Part shown: one piece after another, positions 1-12,999 of the stretch
How the letters are laid out: every line of letters begins with the position of its first letter
Numbering within the stretch: position 1 is the first letter of the stretch
NCBI RefSeq assembly: GCF_006345805.1
Contig: NC_043008.1
Span: 66,526,001 to 66,590,000, forward strand
DNA from: Octopus sinensis
Taxonomy: Eukaryota
Length of the DNA: 64,000 bases
Reading direction: 5' to 3'
The notes under the pieces: generated by a model
Databases searched by the model: none
The model's input: the letters and a program-made list of their open reading frames with translations, nothing else
Told to the model about the DNA's origin: nothing
Translations under genes and position numbers: made by a program

Positions 1-1024
1 CGTCTTTCCCTTTTTCAATCTTCTCAAGCTTTCCCTTATAAGAAACTCCGGTTATATATTATATGTTATTCCCTCTTGTCATGTAACAATTCTTTGTGAT
101 TGAAGAGGGTTTAAGATTTCTTGAGAAGAAGCACTTAGATTGGAGTTTAGGATTACTGGTTTCATATTTGGTCTTATGGAATTGAGACAACTGGAAACAT
201 AGTGCATGGCAGACATAACTTTTGACTAGATGCTGGCATATGTAGTGGTGTATAATTTTCTGGTTTAAGCAGTGGCTTTCCAAGTAACGGGCCTATAAAC
301 AGAGAGCAAAGCTCACTGAACGATGGCATTTTTGAGGACTATTGGTAAGTGATTGTTCCCATTCATGGTGGATGGTCATGGTCACTAAAGTAGCTTAAGG
401 GACTAAAACTCAGACCTGTGTTATTATTTTAAATTATTGCTGTTAATATTGTTATTGTTGTTGTAGCATCTTTTTCTTTCTGCATGCTCTGTGTCAACAC
501 TACCATTGGTGGTGTTGACTGGAGGCTTTGATCTCAGCCTTGCACTCAGTTATACAATATCTGTTGTACCCATATTACAGTGAACTGCACCCCTTCTCTC
601 TGTGTATCTATCTTTCCTCTTTCTCGCCCTTCTCTTTATCTCCTTTACCATATTTATTTCAACACAAAGGGTTGACATATACTTCACTGTATATGCAATA
701 AACTGTTGTTCACTATTGTACAAGGGTAAATGTCAAATACTATCATATTTATATCTGGTTTCCATTGTCTTTTACTTGATCAACATTAACCAACTGGAAA
801 TCACCTTTAGTAATGTGAAATTTAAACTCATATCTTTGATTAAAATATCTTATTATATGACAGATAATATAAGATATAATAATTATATCTTATTACATAA
901 GATTTCAATGTGTAAAGAAGTTTATCTTATGTTAAGTTAGTTATTTCATTAAACATCCCATAATTTTTATTACATTATTATAAATTTAAAATTCAAAGAT
1001 TAAAGCTTTGGAATACCTGTAGGA

Positions 1025-1435
1025 AGCTTCACAGTATCTGGTAGTCCAGCATTTCAAAGTCATCAAGGCTGGCATTCCTTTCTACGGAGCTGAAACCTAG
1101 GCTAAGAAAAAGCTTCAAGATCGCTTTGATGGTATGTATGCCAGACATCTCATGAGCACAAGACCTAAGAGGAGATTTATGAGCCCATTCTACCCATGTC
1201 TATTACTGTTGCTCAATTTAGAGTAGACTTGCCTAACCACTGCTATTGTACTGGGCATCATATGTTATACTTTGGAGACTTTTTTACATCTTAATAAATG
1301 GCAAAGACCACCCAGCTATGTTGATAGTATTGGCAGATGCACACAACATTGAATTGAGAATCTACAAAAGCTAAGAAGAAACAGAGATTCTTGGTGTAAC
1401 ATGGTCAAATGCATCTCAGTTGCAGGGCTTGAAGA
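1025..1435 (+). mobile_element. Decayed RTE-class non-LTR retrotransposon, C-terminal part of the RT ORF
   Basis: Fragments translate to FYGAET*, LQDRFDGMYARHLM and SITVAQFRVDLPNHCY, resembling the LYGxETW...LDGxYTRLLR...AGHCYR motifs of RTE-type LINE C-termini; stops and frameshifts present. Confidence 0.65.
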
Positions 1436-3418
1436 AAGCACAGATACAGAATATATTTTTATAAGAAATATCATCACAAAAGGGTTGAATTTCTTCAAAG
1501 CAGAATGTATTTTTGTTAAAAATATGGTCACAAAAAAGGTTTAATTTCTTCCACAATTATTGTAAGCAATAATTGAAACAATTATGATTTATGCATTTCT
1601 GACAGTAATTTTACAGAAATGGTACAATGCCAGGTTAAAAGTTTTCCACCAGTGATTCCAAACCTACAGCCCTTGTGTAAAAATTTACACTTGTATTCTT
1701 CAAAGTTTAAATTTTTTATTTCAAAATTTCTGCTAGAAGCTACTGTTATTGACAAATACTATAAATATCTTCCATCTTTTCATCCAAACTAATGAAACTG
1801 GCAGAGATCAATTTGAAAAATGGAAACAGGACCTTCTTCAAGTTTGGCTCCTTAACTTGGCCCTTTCATATTATTAGTTTAGTGTCTACTCTTGTAGAGA
1901 ATTTAGCAATGTCTTCCTATACTCTGAGTATGGCTCATTGAGGTTTACTTTAATTAACCATTTCCATGAGCAATGTAAGTACCAGTTGTTATACAACTTC
2001 AAGTATTCTCTGACTGAGCAGACCTATGATTGAAGACATTCTATCTCTGACAACTTTACCGTTTTTCTTGTATTGCAATTTTAAGACAAAATTAGCTGAT
2101 GTGAATTTCTGTTTTCTAAATTGAAAGGAGCTCCGGCTGCTGTTTCTTGCTAGACAAGCAACCATGGACAGCTCTTTGTTTTGGCACCTTAACTATAATT
2201 AATATTCTGGTGTTAACACATTCACCTACACATTGTTCTTATTTTACTCCTGTGGATAATAGAAATGGTCGCTTCATGCTTTGAGAGAAAAGAATGAAGA
2301 AAATATTTCTTTTACACACTTTTACTGGTTGTAGCTAATTAGTGGTGGCCATGCTGGGATATTTAATATTTTTTAATTTTTCCTTTCATTCAAATTTAAA
2401 GTTGTTTTGCTCTTTTTATTTTCTTTGTCTTTTCAATTTCTAATTATTTTTCAATTATTTTTCAGAATTCTCTAGATATATTTTTATAGTTTCAACAAAC
2501 TTATCAGATAGGAGGAAAATACAGATATTCCCTAACATCTCAAATATGTCTTTTATTTTCATTACCTCTTGTTGTAGGAGCAGCTATAGCCCTGTACTTG
2601 AGAAGTTGGCATACAATGGGATTATATGCCACTTTGGTCAAAAATTTTTTGTTTTCCATGGTCTTAGTCAAGCCAAGGCTATGGTAGAAACACTTGGTGC
2701 TGCACAGTGAAATTTGGAAGATAAAAACTGTACAGAAGCCTGTAGTGTGAGTGCACATGTGCGTGTATGTGTGTGTGTGCAATTGTCTCTGCTTGTCTTG
2801 CTTGGACTAAGGTAATATCGTTTGTGTTCTGCATAACCAACATGTCCAGCAGCTCGGTGAAGACCTGTGGAATAAAGGACCTTGCTTGGAAACCCATCAG
2901 AATTGGCACCAAGAAGTTCATCCAGCTGTAGAATACTACAACATGAACTTTTGTCCAACCCATGGAAGCATGGAAAAAGGAGACAAAACACAAAACAAAC
3001 CAAAACTCAATCACAGATCAACTAATCTATACAAAGAACTAATTGCGTATAGATTACTTCTATTGATTGGTTGATTTATATATTGACCTGATCATATATT
3101 GATCCACCCACTAACAGAATTAACCCTCCTATAGGAATGTTTGTGGAGAATCTTTCTGAAAACTCTCCTCTGAACTAATTCTTGTTGGCACAGACCATTT
3201 CTTGTTTGCTTCATTACTATTTTCTTTGGTATCTTTCTGACATTATGTTGAGAATCTAACTTTTATTGGTTATTTTAAGATAGTTGAAACTCCTTCTCAT
3301 GTTTATCTTCACTATCTCTTCTAATCTTTATTAGTTTGCTTGCTATGAATTAGTCTATTTCTCTTTTTTTCTCTCCCCTCGACATTTGTGTGTGTGTCTA
3401 GATAGATAGACATAGATA

Positions 3419-4050
3419 TACAAGGGTCAGCTGAAAAGTTCATAGGCTAACCATGATTCTCTCAAGAGACATGGCCAAATCAGATTTATTTTTCAACATA
3501 CTCTTCCTTGCGGTCCACACATATCTTCCATTGATGCTGCAGTGCTTGGAGCCCATTGGTGAAGGAGCTTTCTTCCTTGGTCAAAAAAGTCATAAACAGC
3601 AGATATTAAGTCATCATCACTGCAATACTAGTTCTTAGCCAAGTGTTGGGAAACAGATGACCAAATGGGCCCAAAATAGAATAGGGAGGGTGATCAGCCA
3701 GTTCAAAGCCACAGTCATGGAACGCAAGGATTTGTATGCTGGAGCATTATCCTCATGAAGTAAGACACCTTTTGTCAGTTTTCCTGGGCCACTTGTCATC
3801 CATCACCATGTGGTGAACAACTCTCCATTCCCCTACTAAATTCAGCTGCCCTCTTTTGCGTTGTTGATAAAGCTGTGTGCCATCTCCTAATGTAGCAACC
3901 ATGTCAGCATGAATGTCCTTGGAAGTTAAACCCTTTTTCTGCAGTACTTCATAACACCATAACGCCAAATTTTGCCCATTTTCAAGAGAAGTTGTTATCA
4001 GTTACTTTTGAAGTATTCTTTGAACAATCAAGTGTCAGTTTATCTGGAAA
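3419..4050 (-). mobile_element. Internally deleted mariner (DD34D-type) element
   Basis: TIR-like tacaagggtcagctgaaaagttc at 3419; the minus-strand ORF 3753-3968 contains VLQKKGLTSKDIHADMVATLGD, the N-terminal HTH region of mariner transposases. Confidence 0.7.
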
Positions 4051-4314
4051 GAAACAATGCAGTTATTTATAAGGGGAGTTGAAATTTATGCATGCAATAT
4101 TTCATAGCTTTAGCATCAGTTCTTCATTGTCTGCCTACGAATTCTTCATATGTAGAGAGAGATGCATGAAATCCTCATTCTTTGTTTTATCATATGCTTT
4201 CTCAGCTATACACACACACACACATATCACAGATTCTAACCTCCATTCCACTCTAAATATTAATAGTTGGTAGGTGTGCTACGTAGCTCTCATAGAAAAT
4301 TGTATAGCTTATCT

Positions 4315-4503
4315 TTTATTTGTTTCAGTCATTAGACTGTGGCCATGCTGGGGCACTGCTTTCAAGAATTTCTAGTCGAGTGAATCAACCCCAGTAGTTT
4401 TTTCTTAAGCCTAGTACTTAATCTATCAGTCGCTTTTGCTGAATCACTCAGTTATGAGGACATAAACACACCAACGCTGGTTGTGATGCAGGACAAACAC
4501 TCC

Positions 4504-4537
<34 letters not shown>

Positions 4538-4546
4538 CTCTCTCTT

Positions 4547-4603
<57 letters not shown>

Positions 4604-4757
4604 ACACAAAGTTATACACACAATGAGCTTCTTTCAGTTTCCGTTTACCAAATCTGCTCACAAGGCTTTGGTCAGCCCACTGTACCATACAGTGGGATTG
4701 AACCCAGAACCATGTGGTTGGGAAGCAAACTTCTTACCACACAGCCATGCTCATGCC
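4315..4757 (-). mobile_element. tRNA-derived SINE family A copy with (CT)n expansion
   Basis: Reverse complement of the family A head and tail seen at 51899-52306; CT tract at 4501-4605. Confidence 0.75.
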
Positions 4758-5172
4758 CATATATGTGAATATAAAGAACTCACAAATTCATATGTGATAA
4801 GCAGCAGGTTTGGTAGATAAAACAAGCAAGATTAATAGACCTGTATTTGGCATACCTACACAAGTGTGCCCCCACTTGATTTTGTTTCCTCATAGCTTTC
4901 AGAAAATGGGTATTTTTTAGTGAAATTTTACAGATGGTATATAATATAATTATGTCAGAGCTTGGTGTGAAAAAGTAAAAAATTAGTGGGTATACGCACA
5001 AACATACTGACATCCATTACATATACAGCTAAAAATGAAACTTGAAATTTTGAAAATAGTGTAATATGTGTATGTGAGCACAGCACCAATCTTTTTTTCT
5101 TTTCACATTGAATTCTGATATAATTGTAATCTACACCATCTGAATGGTATTTTTAATAAATTTCATTAAAAA

Positions 5173-5560
5173 CTGTGTGGTAAGTAGCTTGCTTACGAAC
5201 CACATGGTTCCGGGTTCAGTCCTACTGCATGGCACGTTGGGCAAGTGTCTTCTACTATAGCCTTGAGCCAACCAAAGCCTTGTGAGTGGATTTGGTAGAT
5301 GGAAACTGAAAGAAGCCTGTCGTATATATATATAAATGTATGTGTGTGTATATGTTTGTGTGTCTGTGTTTGTCCCCCCAACATCGCTTGACAACCGATG
5401 CTGGTGTGTTTACGTCCTTGTAACTTAGCGGTTCGGCAAAAGAGACTGATAGAGTAAGTACTAGGCTTACAAAGAATAAGTTCTGGGGTCGATTTGCTCA
5501 ACTAAAGGCGGTGCTCCAGCATGGCCACAGTCAAATGACTGAAACAAGTAATAGAGTAAC
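5173..5560 (+). mobile_element. SINE family A, near full length
   Basis: Head ctgtgtggtaagtagc...ggttccgggttcagtcc, central TA/TG tract, tail ggcggtgctccagcatggccacagtcaaatgactgaaac. Confidence 0.8.
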
Positions 5561-6431
5561 AGAGTATTTTTCAGAAAGGTATGAGGAAACAGTCAACTTG
5601 TGTGAATTATGTGAAACTCCTGTCTCTCTCTCCAACAAAATTCTTCACAACGAGTTCTGGTATAATCAAAATCTACACCTTCTGAATAGTATTTTTTATA
5701 AATTTCATTAAAAAATATCCATTTCTCTGACAGATATGAGAAAATAAAGTCAGCATGCCTATACTTGTGTAGTTATGCTCTGTATTTATTATTTTCTGTC
5801 TACAAAATTTACGCAAGTGACACGAGGGCATGGCACTTATCAAAGGACAAAAGTTAGTGCTTTGTAGCATAGCATGCTTTAAATTATCTGTATGGTAGAA
5901 TGATGTTTATGTGTGACCATTGTACAATGCATAATAATATTATATGAATATTTTCCATACTCGCCAAGTTTACTTGCATTTGGTTATTCAACAGGAGTGG
6001 GGCTGCATTAATTTATACAAAGGAAAGGTTGACAGCAATTTTAAAGTTTTGGCTAAAAGGTGTTGAGTGACCCATCAGTTTAATGTTAGATTGTTTTTGT
6101 AACTTTACATAAAAACAAACATTGATAAAGATATATATTGTCACAATGAGGATATTCAAACCTCTTATAAGGATATTTATCCAAGATACACTGGTTTAAT
6201 ATATAAAATTTTGAAGAGATAATCCTTAAACGAATATATTATAGAGAATATCGTAAGATATCAGACATTATTATTGAGTTAGAAAACAGTGACCTAATGA
6301 ATAAAAATTCATTTATTAATCAATCAACATATTAGCCAACAATTATTTCATTTCTCCAAATATGTTGATTAATTAATTTGTATCCATTAAATCTTTGTTT
6401 TCTAACTCTCTCTCTCTCTCTCTCTCTCTAC

Positions 6432-6486
<55 letters not shown>

Positions 6487-7249
6487 CAGTCAAAGGATAG
6501 ATTGCAATTTTCATTTTGTAATACCCTTTTTTTTTAACCATACAAACTGTTACAAATATAAAAGAATACTTGGCTATTGCTGTTGCTATTACTACCACTA
6601 ATTATTACTATTAACATTATTATTACTACTACTACTACAACAGCCATGATGACAACTATGAAGATGATGAGATTATTTCAAGGCATTTTCTATTGTTCCT
6701 TTTTGATTGTTGATGTTCTTGTTCTTGAGTAAACCAATGTTTTTTGTTTTTTTTAATTCTTAACCAAATCTAGTTTATTTCATTTACATAGCATATGTTC
6801 TGTGGAATGGCAAGAATTCAAAACCCTGACATCCTCTAATTTCTTATTCCCTAAAACTGTCTCAGGCATCTTGGTTCTTTGTTTATATTTTCAACTTTGT
6901 CTTATTTGTATTTTAATTATTTCCAAATTAATATAATTACTGTTTTAGCCAATCTAGCAGATAACCTTGCTTTGTGATTTAAGATTGTTTGTAGTGCTTT
7001 CAAATGCTGATAAAATTAATTTGTTGTTGCTTAATAAGTCTTCTTGATTAAGTCTGGCTTACAGCTTCATCACAAAGACATATGACTAAAGGCATTCCAA
7101 CTGTGACCACCTCATCATATATTTTTTTAGATATTGCATATGAAGGACTACATTTTCCACCATATCATTCTGTTTAAGATGATAGGGTGTGGTTTGGAAG
7201 GTTTGGTTGCTATGAGTGACAGTTCATGTGACCATACAGATGCTCCTTC

Positions 7250-7515
7250 ATCAGTCACATTACTACAACTATTGTTTGTCAATGCAGGCCACACCTCTAC
7301 AGTTATTATGCTGTGTCTGTCAATGCAGACCACACCTTCACAGTTATTGCACTGTGTCTGTCAATGCAGGCCACACCTCCACAGTTATTGTACAATCTCC
7401 CTCTAGGCAGGCCATGCCTTCACAATTATTGTGTTGTGTCTGTTAATGTAGGCCACATCCCACAGTTATTGCATTACTGCCTATGCAGAACACACCTCCA
7501 CAATTATTATGCCTT
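7250..7515. repeat. Degenerate ~41-bp minisatellite, about 6 copies
   Basis: Unit tgtctgtcaatgcaggccacacctctacagttattatgctg recurs at 7273, 7314 and onward. Confidence 0.8.
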
Positions 7516-8289
7516 TCTACACAAGTCCCACCTCCATCATTGTCTTGTCTATTTAGGCAAACCACAGAAATCTGTTTCATTTAGAATTAGCAGATGTAAA
7601 TAAGTGCCACCATGTCTTCATGGCTAGATGATTGGCATTACTTGCACCAGCGGTGTAATGCACAGAGCCACCAATTCTAGGGTTATGGAATCAAACTTTG
7701 CTCTTGCAATTGTGCCAGACCCTTAAGACATTTAAAGCATATTGCAGTTTCTGTGAGTCTGTCTAGATAACAGCAGCTATCACTTTGAGTATAAAATGAT
7801 AGCTACTGTTATCTAGTATTAACAAAAGCACCTGACTGTATATATGTACATGTATGTATATATGTATGTATATGTATGTATATACATATATATATATACA
7901 CGTGGCACGTAAAAAGCTGGATGGCTTCTGATGATAAATGTATTTAAAATGAAGCAGAAACCAGGGGAATCGTGTTGGAGCTTCTCCGAATCTCACTGAA
8001 CCTTTTGTAAATCAAGTGTAAGTATGTATGTATGTGTGTGTGTACAATACATAGACAAGTGCATAACACCTGTACACTTTTCTCTTATGGTTTATATAAA
8101 CTTTAGGTAAGGTACTCTACATATATATGCATATATCAAAGCTGTGGCAGTTAAGTTATGGATTGATATATAGTTTTAGGACAATCTCCACACCTGTCAT
8201 AGCTTAATGCAGTTACCTGACTGTAATGACACACAAACATGTTTATATCTATATGCCTACATGTATATAATTTCTAAATTTGTATCTTT

Positions 8290-8700
8290 ATGTGCTCCCA
8301 CATGGCCTCAGACTCAACACAGAGGCCTACATCAAGTGCCTGGAGGAAATAGTGCTGCCCCGGGTCAAGAGGGTGATCCTATGTCTGGCAACAGGACTCT
8401 GCACCATGCCACATAAGCAGGAGAACCCAGTCATGGCTGTCAGACAATTTCTGCGACCACACCACCCCTACAATCTGGCCACCTAACTCCCCAGACTGCA
8501 ATCCCTTTGATTATTATGTATGGGGTGCAATTGAGTGAGAAACCAACAAAACTCCTTGTCACACCAAAGATGAAATGAATGCAAGGATTATGGCAGCATT
8601 CACCAACTTAAAGAAGGAGACCGTCCAGAGAATTGCAAGAGATTCTGTAGTCATCTGGAAGCCTTGGTTGAAGTCAATGGCAATTTTATTGAATAAATTT
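8290..8700 (+). mobile_element. Tc1/mariner superfamily (maT/DD37D-like) transposase C-terminal relic
   Basis: Translates across frameshifts to HGLRLNTEAYIKCLEEIVLP...QQDSAPCH...IWPPNSPDCNPFDYYVWGAIE...ALVEVNGNFIE*. Confidence 0.85.
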
Positions 8701-9064
8701 ATGCTTTAGTATTTCTAGATATATATATACACACACACACGTGTATGTATATATACATATATATATATACATATGTGTCTGTATATATATGTATATATGT
8801 GTTTGTATATAATATGTATATATGTGTTTATATGTATATATGTGTCTGTATATATATATATATGTTGGCCTTCTTGCTTAGCCAGCGGGGTGGTGTCATT
8901 TGAAGGCTAAAACAATGCAAAGCGCATGGTGACCAGCGATGTGTAGTAACATCTGATAGCCTGGTCAGTCACAGTGATATATATATATGTATGTATATAT
9001 ATAGGTGTGTGAATGTATAAGGTGTGTATATATATATATATCTATATAGGTGTGTGTATATAAG

Positions 9065-9103
<39 letters not shown>

Positions 9104-9971
9104 TGTGTGGATGTATATATGCATATACGTACAGGTATATGTGTGTATATTTTCCTCTCTGTGTGTGTTTACACAATTATAAATACTTCTGTTTCCATAA
9201 TTTATTAATATATATAATCTAACGAAGTTGCTCCAGTGCAAATGATGCTATAAACAATGCAGCTCATAAAATGACAGGCATAAACCCATTATACAGACAA
9301 AGTCACCTACATGAACTGAACCTCATAACCCCCTTACACCTGGCAGACTTGTCAACTTTAAACTGGCAAATTAAAAGCATTAATCTTACAAAAGAAAGGA
9401 TATCTTTTTGGTTTGGATCTTATTTTTGAAGCACTGGGAAATTTAAAAATAATCTTTTTGCTGTTACAGCTCATGCAAATGGATGATCATAGTACACCTG
9501 TGCTTCTACCACATACCTTTTGTCTTCGTCTTTTAATTGTTTCAGTCATTGGACTGCAGCTTTACTGGGCATTGTATAATACCCTTTAGTATTTAAACTG
9601 ACCATATACAACCAAAATATTCCACCTGCTTTAAGTTAACACTGACTGGATCCTGCCTCTTACATCTACTGTACAATGTAATTCTAAAAATAAACAGTCA
9701 CATCATCGAAATCTTGAAGTTACAAGATAATGCATGATTAATTCTAAGCAATGTAAATAATTAAGCATTACATTTGCTCGAATAATCTGATTGTTTAAGG
9801 GTCAAAAAGTTTAGTCAAACAAATTAACCCCGGTATTTTGTTTTTATCTTGAAAAAAACTTAAAAACCTTGTACTTATTCTATTGGTCTCTCCAGCCAAA
9901 CTGCCAAGTTATGGCACATAAACAAACAAATGCCAGTTATTAAGACATTGGGGACAAACACACACACTCAC

Positions 9972-10400
9972 TGGCTGTGTGATAAGTAGCTTGCTTACCA
10001 ACCACATGGTTCCGGGTTCAGTCCCACTGCGTGGCACCTTGGGCAAGTGTCTTCTACTATAACCTCGGGCTGACCAAAGCCTTGTGAGTGGATTTGATAG
10101 CTGGAAACTGAAAGAAGCCCGTTGTGTATATGTGTATGCATGTATATATATATATATATATGTGTGTGTTTGGGTATGTGTGTGTATATGTTTGTGTGTC
10201 TGTGTTTGTCCCTCAACATTGCTTGACAACCGATGCTGGTGTGTTTACGTCCCCATAACTTAGCGGTTCAACCAAACAGACCAATAGAATAAGTACTAGG
10301 CTTACAAAGAATAAGTCCTGGGGTCGATTTGCTCAGCTAAAGGCAGTGTTCCAGCATGGCCACAGTCAAATGACTGAAACAAATAAAAGAGTAAAAGAGT
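9972..10400 (+). mobile_element. SINE family A, near full length
   Basis: Same head, central (TA)n/(TG)n and tail as 51899-52306. Confidence 0.8.
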
Positions 10401-10881
10401 GTACCAAATTCATTCTTAATGCATTGGCCAGCCCAGAGCTCTAGTAGAAGTCATTTACCCAAGGTGACACGCAGTGGAACTGAACCTGAAACAAATTGGT
10501 TGCAAAACATGCTTGTTAACCACCTCTTGTGCATCAATTGTTTATGCTTGATGCACCAATGCACAACTTGTTTTCTAAATATTAAGTGTGATGTTCTTCT
10601 GAGAGTAACAAATCCTCTCTTCTTTCCTACTTACTAAAACTTTCATCTTTCCTAAGTTTACTTTGACCTCTCAATTCTAGATTTTTGCTTCCAAGTTTGG
10701 AATTCCTTCTTTAGATTTTTGACAGATTCTGCTATAAGAATAAGTCATCAGCATGTAGGTGTCCCCAAGAACAGCTGGCCTTAATTTCCTGTTATAGTCT
10801 GAAGAACTGTGATAAAATAAAAAAAAAGCTGGGGTGTTGAAAGTGCTTAAGCATAATGAAAATGAGGAAAGCTCTGCTGTG

Positions 10882-10956
<75 letters not shown>

Positions 10957-11793
10957 TACTGTCCCATGTAGGTAAGATCAACAAAAAAGTACTCTATCTG
11001 GTGAGAGATAAATATTTAATTGTGCTAGGACATCAGATATGTTAAAAGCACTGTTTGGCATGCTCTCAGCACATGAAACTAATAGTAGCAAATAGATAAA
11101 TAAATATATACATATATGTGTGTGTGTGTGTGTGCATGCACACACACACATTGTAAAGAGACTGAAAAGAGAAAACCCTTGAAAGGCTAACTCCAAACTT
11201 CAGTAGTATTGAGAACTATATCAAACACTAAAGTGGTCATCCTTGCAAGATACTGATGGTCACATCCTTCCCATTAAAATCAGTACTGCAACATCTTCAG
11301 GATCAAAGGGTCACAGAATTTCAGTATCTTGTCAAAGAACTCAAAGAATCTACATGGAGTGGATGCAAAATGTATTCAAGAATCCCCTGGAAATTATGTA
11401 TTTGATATTCCAGATAAACCAGCTTCACAGCAAGAACTGCAACTGAGGATAGTGTTATCAATCTGCCTCATTTACCAATAAAAAGGGCTTATAGGGACAA
11501 CAAGAGCAATAACAGGTGTGGTACCACAGCACAGCATGTGTGTTTCATAGATATGTTTTACATAGACACGTACACACATTTATATTTATATATACACAGA
11601 CTACCTATATACACCACATATGCACATACATATATACACGCACATATTTATATATTGATATATATTTATATATATTTTTAAAAATGTATTATACATACCT
11701 GTATGCGTGAGTATGCATATGATGATAATATATATATATAGACAAGTATAATATAAAATATGTAACGTTTTGAATTTATTCCTTGTTTTAAAG

Positions 11794-11883
11794 CCTGTTG
11801 CCAAACAAGAGGAAGATGTACGCAAGAGTTGTGTGATCAACACAGGAAACTTGAAATCTTTTATTACAAGAAGACGGTGGAAA
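11794..11883 (+). CDS. DAPK1: DAPK1-like internal exon, first half of the autoinhibitory/CaM-binding domain (PVAKQEEDVRKSCVINTGNLKSFITRRRWK)
   Basis: Acceptor ccttgttttaaAG, 90 nt open in phase 0, donor GTAAGT. Aligns without gaps to the recalled human DAPK1 30-aa exon PKDTQQALSRKASAVNMEKFKKFAARKKWK (10/30 identical, same length and phase). Too short for the ORF track. Confidence 0.85.
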
Positions 11884-12909
11884 GTAAGTTTGAACTTAAA
11901 CTTTATCTAAAGACTTCTGTTTTCGTGTCTCAAATAATTCTAATTTATCAAACAATTAGCCACTATTTTAAAGATCAAATAATTTCATTTTTCAATATTT
12001 ACATTGACACATTATAAATTTGTTTCATCTCTGATCATTCTAACTGACTATTATAGTAGCAATAGAAAAGATAAAGATTGGTGGCAGTGCTCTTGTTCAT
12101 AGGAGTTCGGAGTGTGTCCATTAGTGATTGAATGACAGTTGATCAAGTGGCCCTTCTCTGGATGTGATCCAGTTTGTCTGTGTGTCCAGCAGCACTATCA
12201 AAGATATGGGAGCAAATCTCCATTGTGGGCCTCACTTAAGTCTTATAATTTCACCAGCTGTTGGAGCCTGAAATATTTTCATACCTTAAAGAGAAGAAAA
12301 GCTAATCTTTGGGATGCAAATCTTTCTATGCTAACTAAAGATATGCTTTTTTCTAAGAGAGTGCCTCAATCATAATAAGGACCAATATTTGAAATGACTG
12401 GGAGGGGGTGTTGCTGAGAGGCCACTTCTGTTTAGAGGGGATGTATTACAGTCTTGTTTACTTAATATATACATTATATATACATGTGTATATTTATACA
12501 TATATACACACAGTGTATGTATAAATGTGTGTGTGTGTCATCTGAAGTAAACATAAGTACATATATAGACCTAGACAGTTTATGCAATCAACCTTTTGGT
12601 CAACTATACACATCAGCAAGTTGAGACAGTTCTGATTAAATAGACAGACCTGTCAACAAAGACATTGTCACCTTCACCATTCTGACTGTTATTGAACAGT
12701 AGTTCTTTAAGGAACATGTTGGCTAATGTGCCCTCACTTTTTGAAATAGTAGAAAAGAAAGAGAAAGACTTGACTCCTTTCTTCTCACAGGTCAAGTAAT
12801 AGCATTGAAGCATTTTCATTTCCTTGATGGTATTGTCATAGATTTCATTTCTGTTGTTATTGGTGATGGTTGTGGTGGTGTTGCTAATAAGCAAGAAATA
12901 TCTTTTCAG

Positions 12910-12999
12910 CAAGCCTTCAAGATCATACTGCTGTGTAACCGATTGTTAAAGTCCACCGTCTGTGCTCACCCCAAAGGAGGAGAACCTACTGAAAAACAG
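12910..12999 (+). CDS. DAPK1: DAPK1-like internal exon, second half of the CaM-binding domain (QAFKIILLCNRLLKSTVCAHPKGGEPTEKQ)
   Basis: Acceptor tcttttcAG, 90 nt phase 0-0 (the other two frames contain stops), donor CAG|GTAAGT. Joined to the previous exon it gives RRRWKQAFKIILLCNRL, matching recalled DAPK1 RKKWKQSVRLISLCQRL and DAPK2 RRRWKLSFSIVSLCNHL, with the intron at the same WK|Q position. Confidence 0.85.

Noticed and set aside
300-350. Strong donor TG|GTAAGT at 345 ending ...FEDYW, which resembles the phase-2 DMW| exon end of the DAPK kinase domain
   Set aside because: Upstream codons do not match PEIVNYEPLGLEAD, there is no good acceptor, and the three kinase exons that should follow before 11794 were not found.
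2560-2640. Acceptor-like ttgttgtAG followed by an open frame containing IICHF (HFDLK-like)
   Set aside because: No proper donor, poor match to kinase subdomain VIb, and it runs into a SINE remnant.
11243-11446. Coding-looking stretch just upstream of the first DAPK exon
   Set aside because: No recognisable homology, no clear splice sites, and no match to the expected KRMT...HPWIK exon.
1-11793. Search for DAPK kinase-domain exons (HPWIK, LSGASPF)
   Set aside because: No match found by eye; ggagcttctccg near 7978 reads GASP but its context does not fit. A tblastn search could still find a diverged micro-exon.
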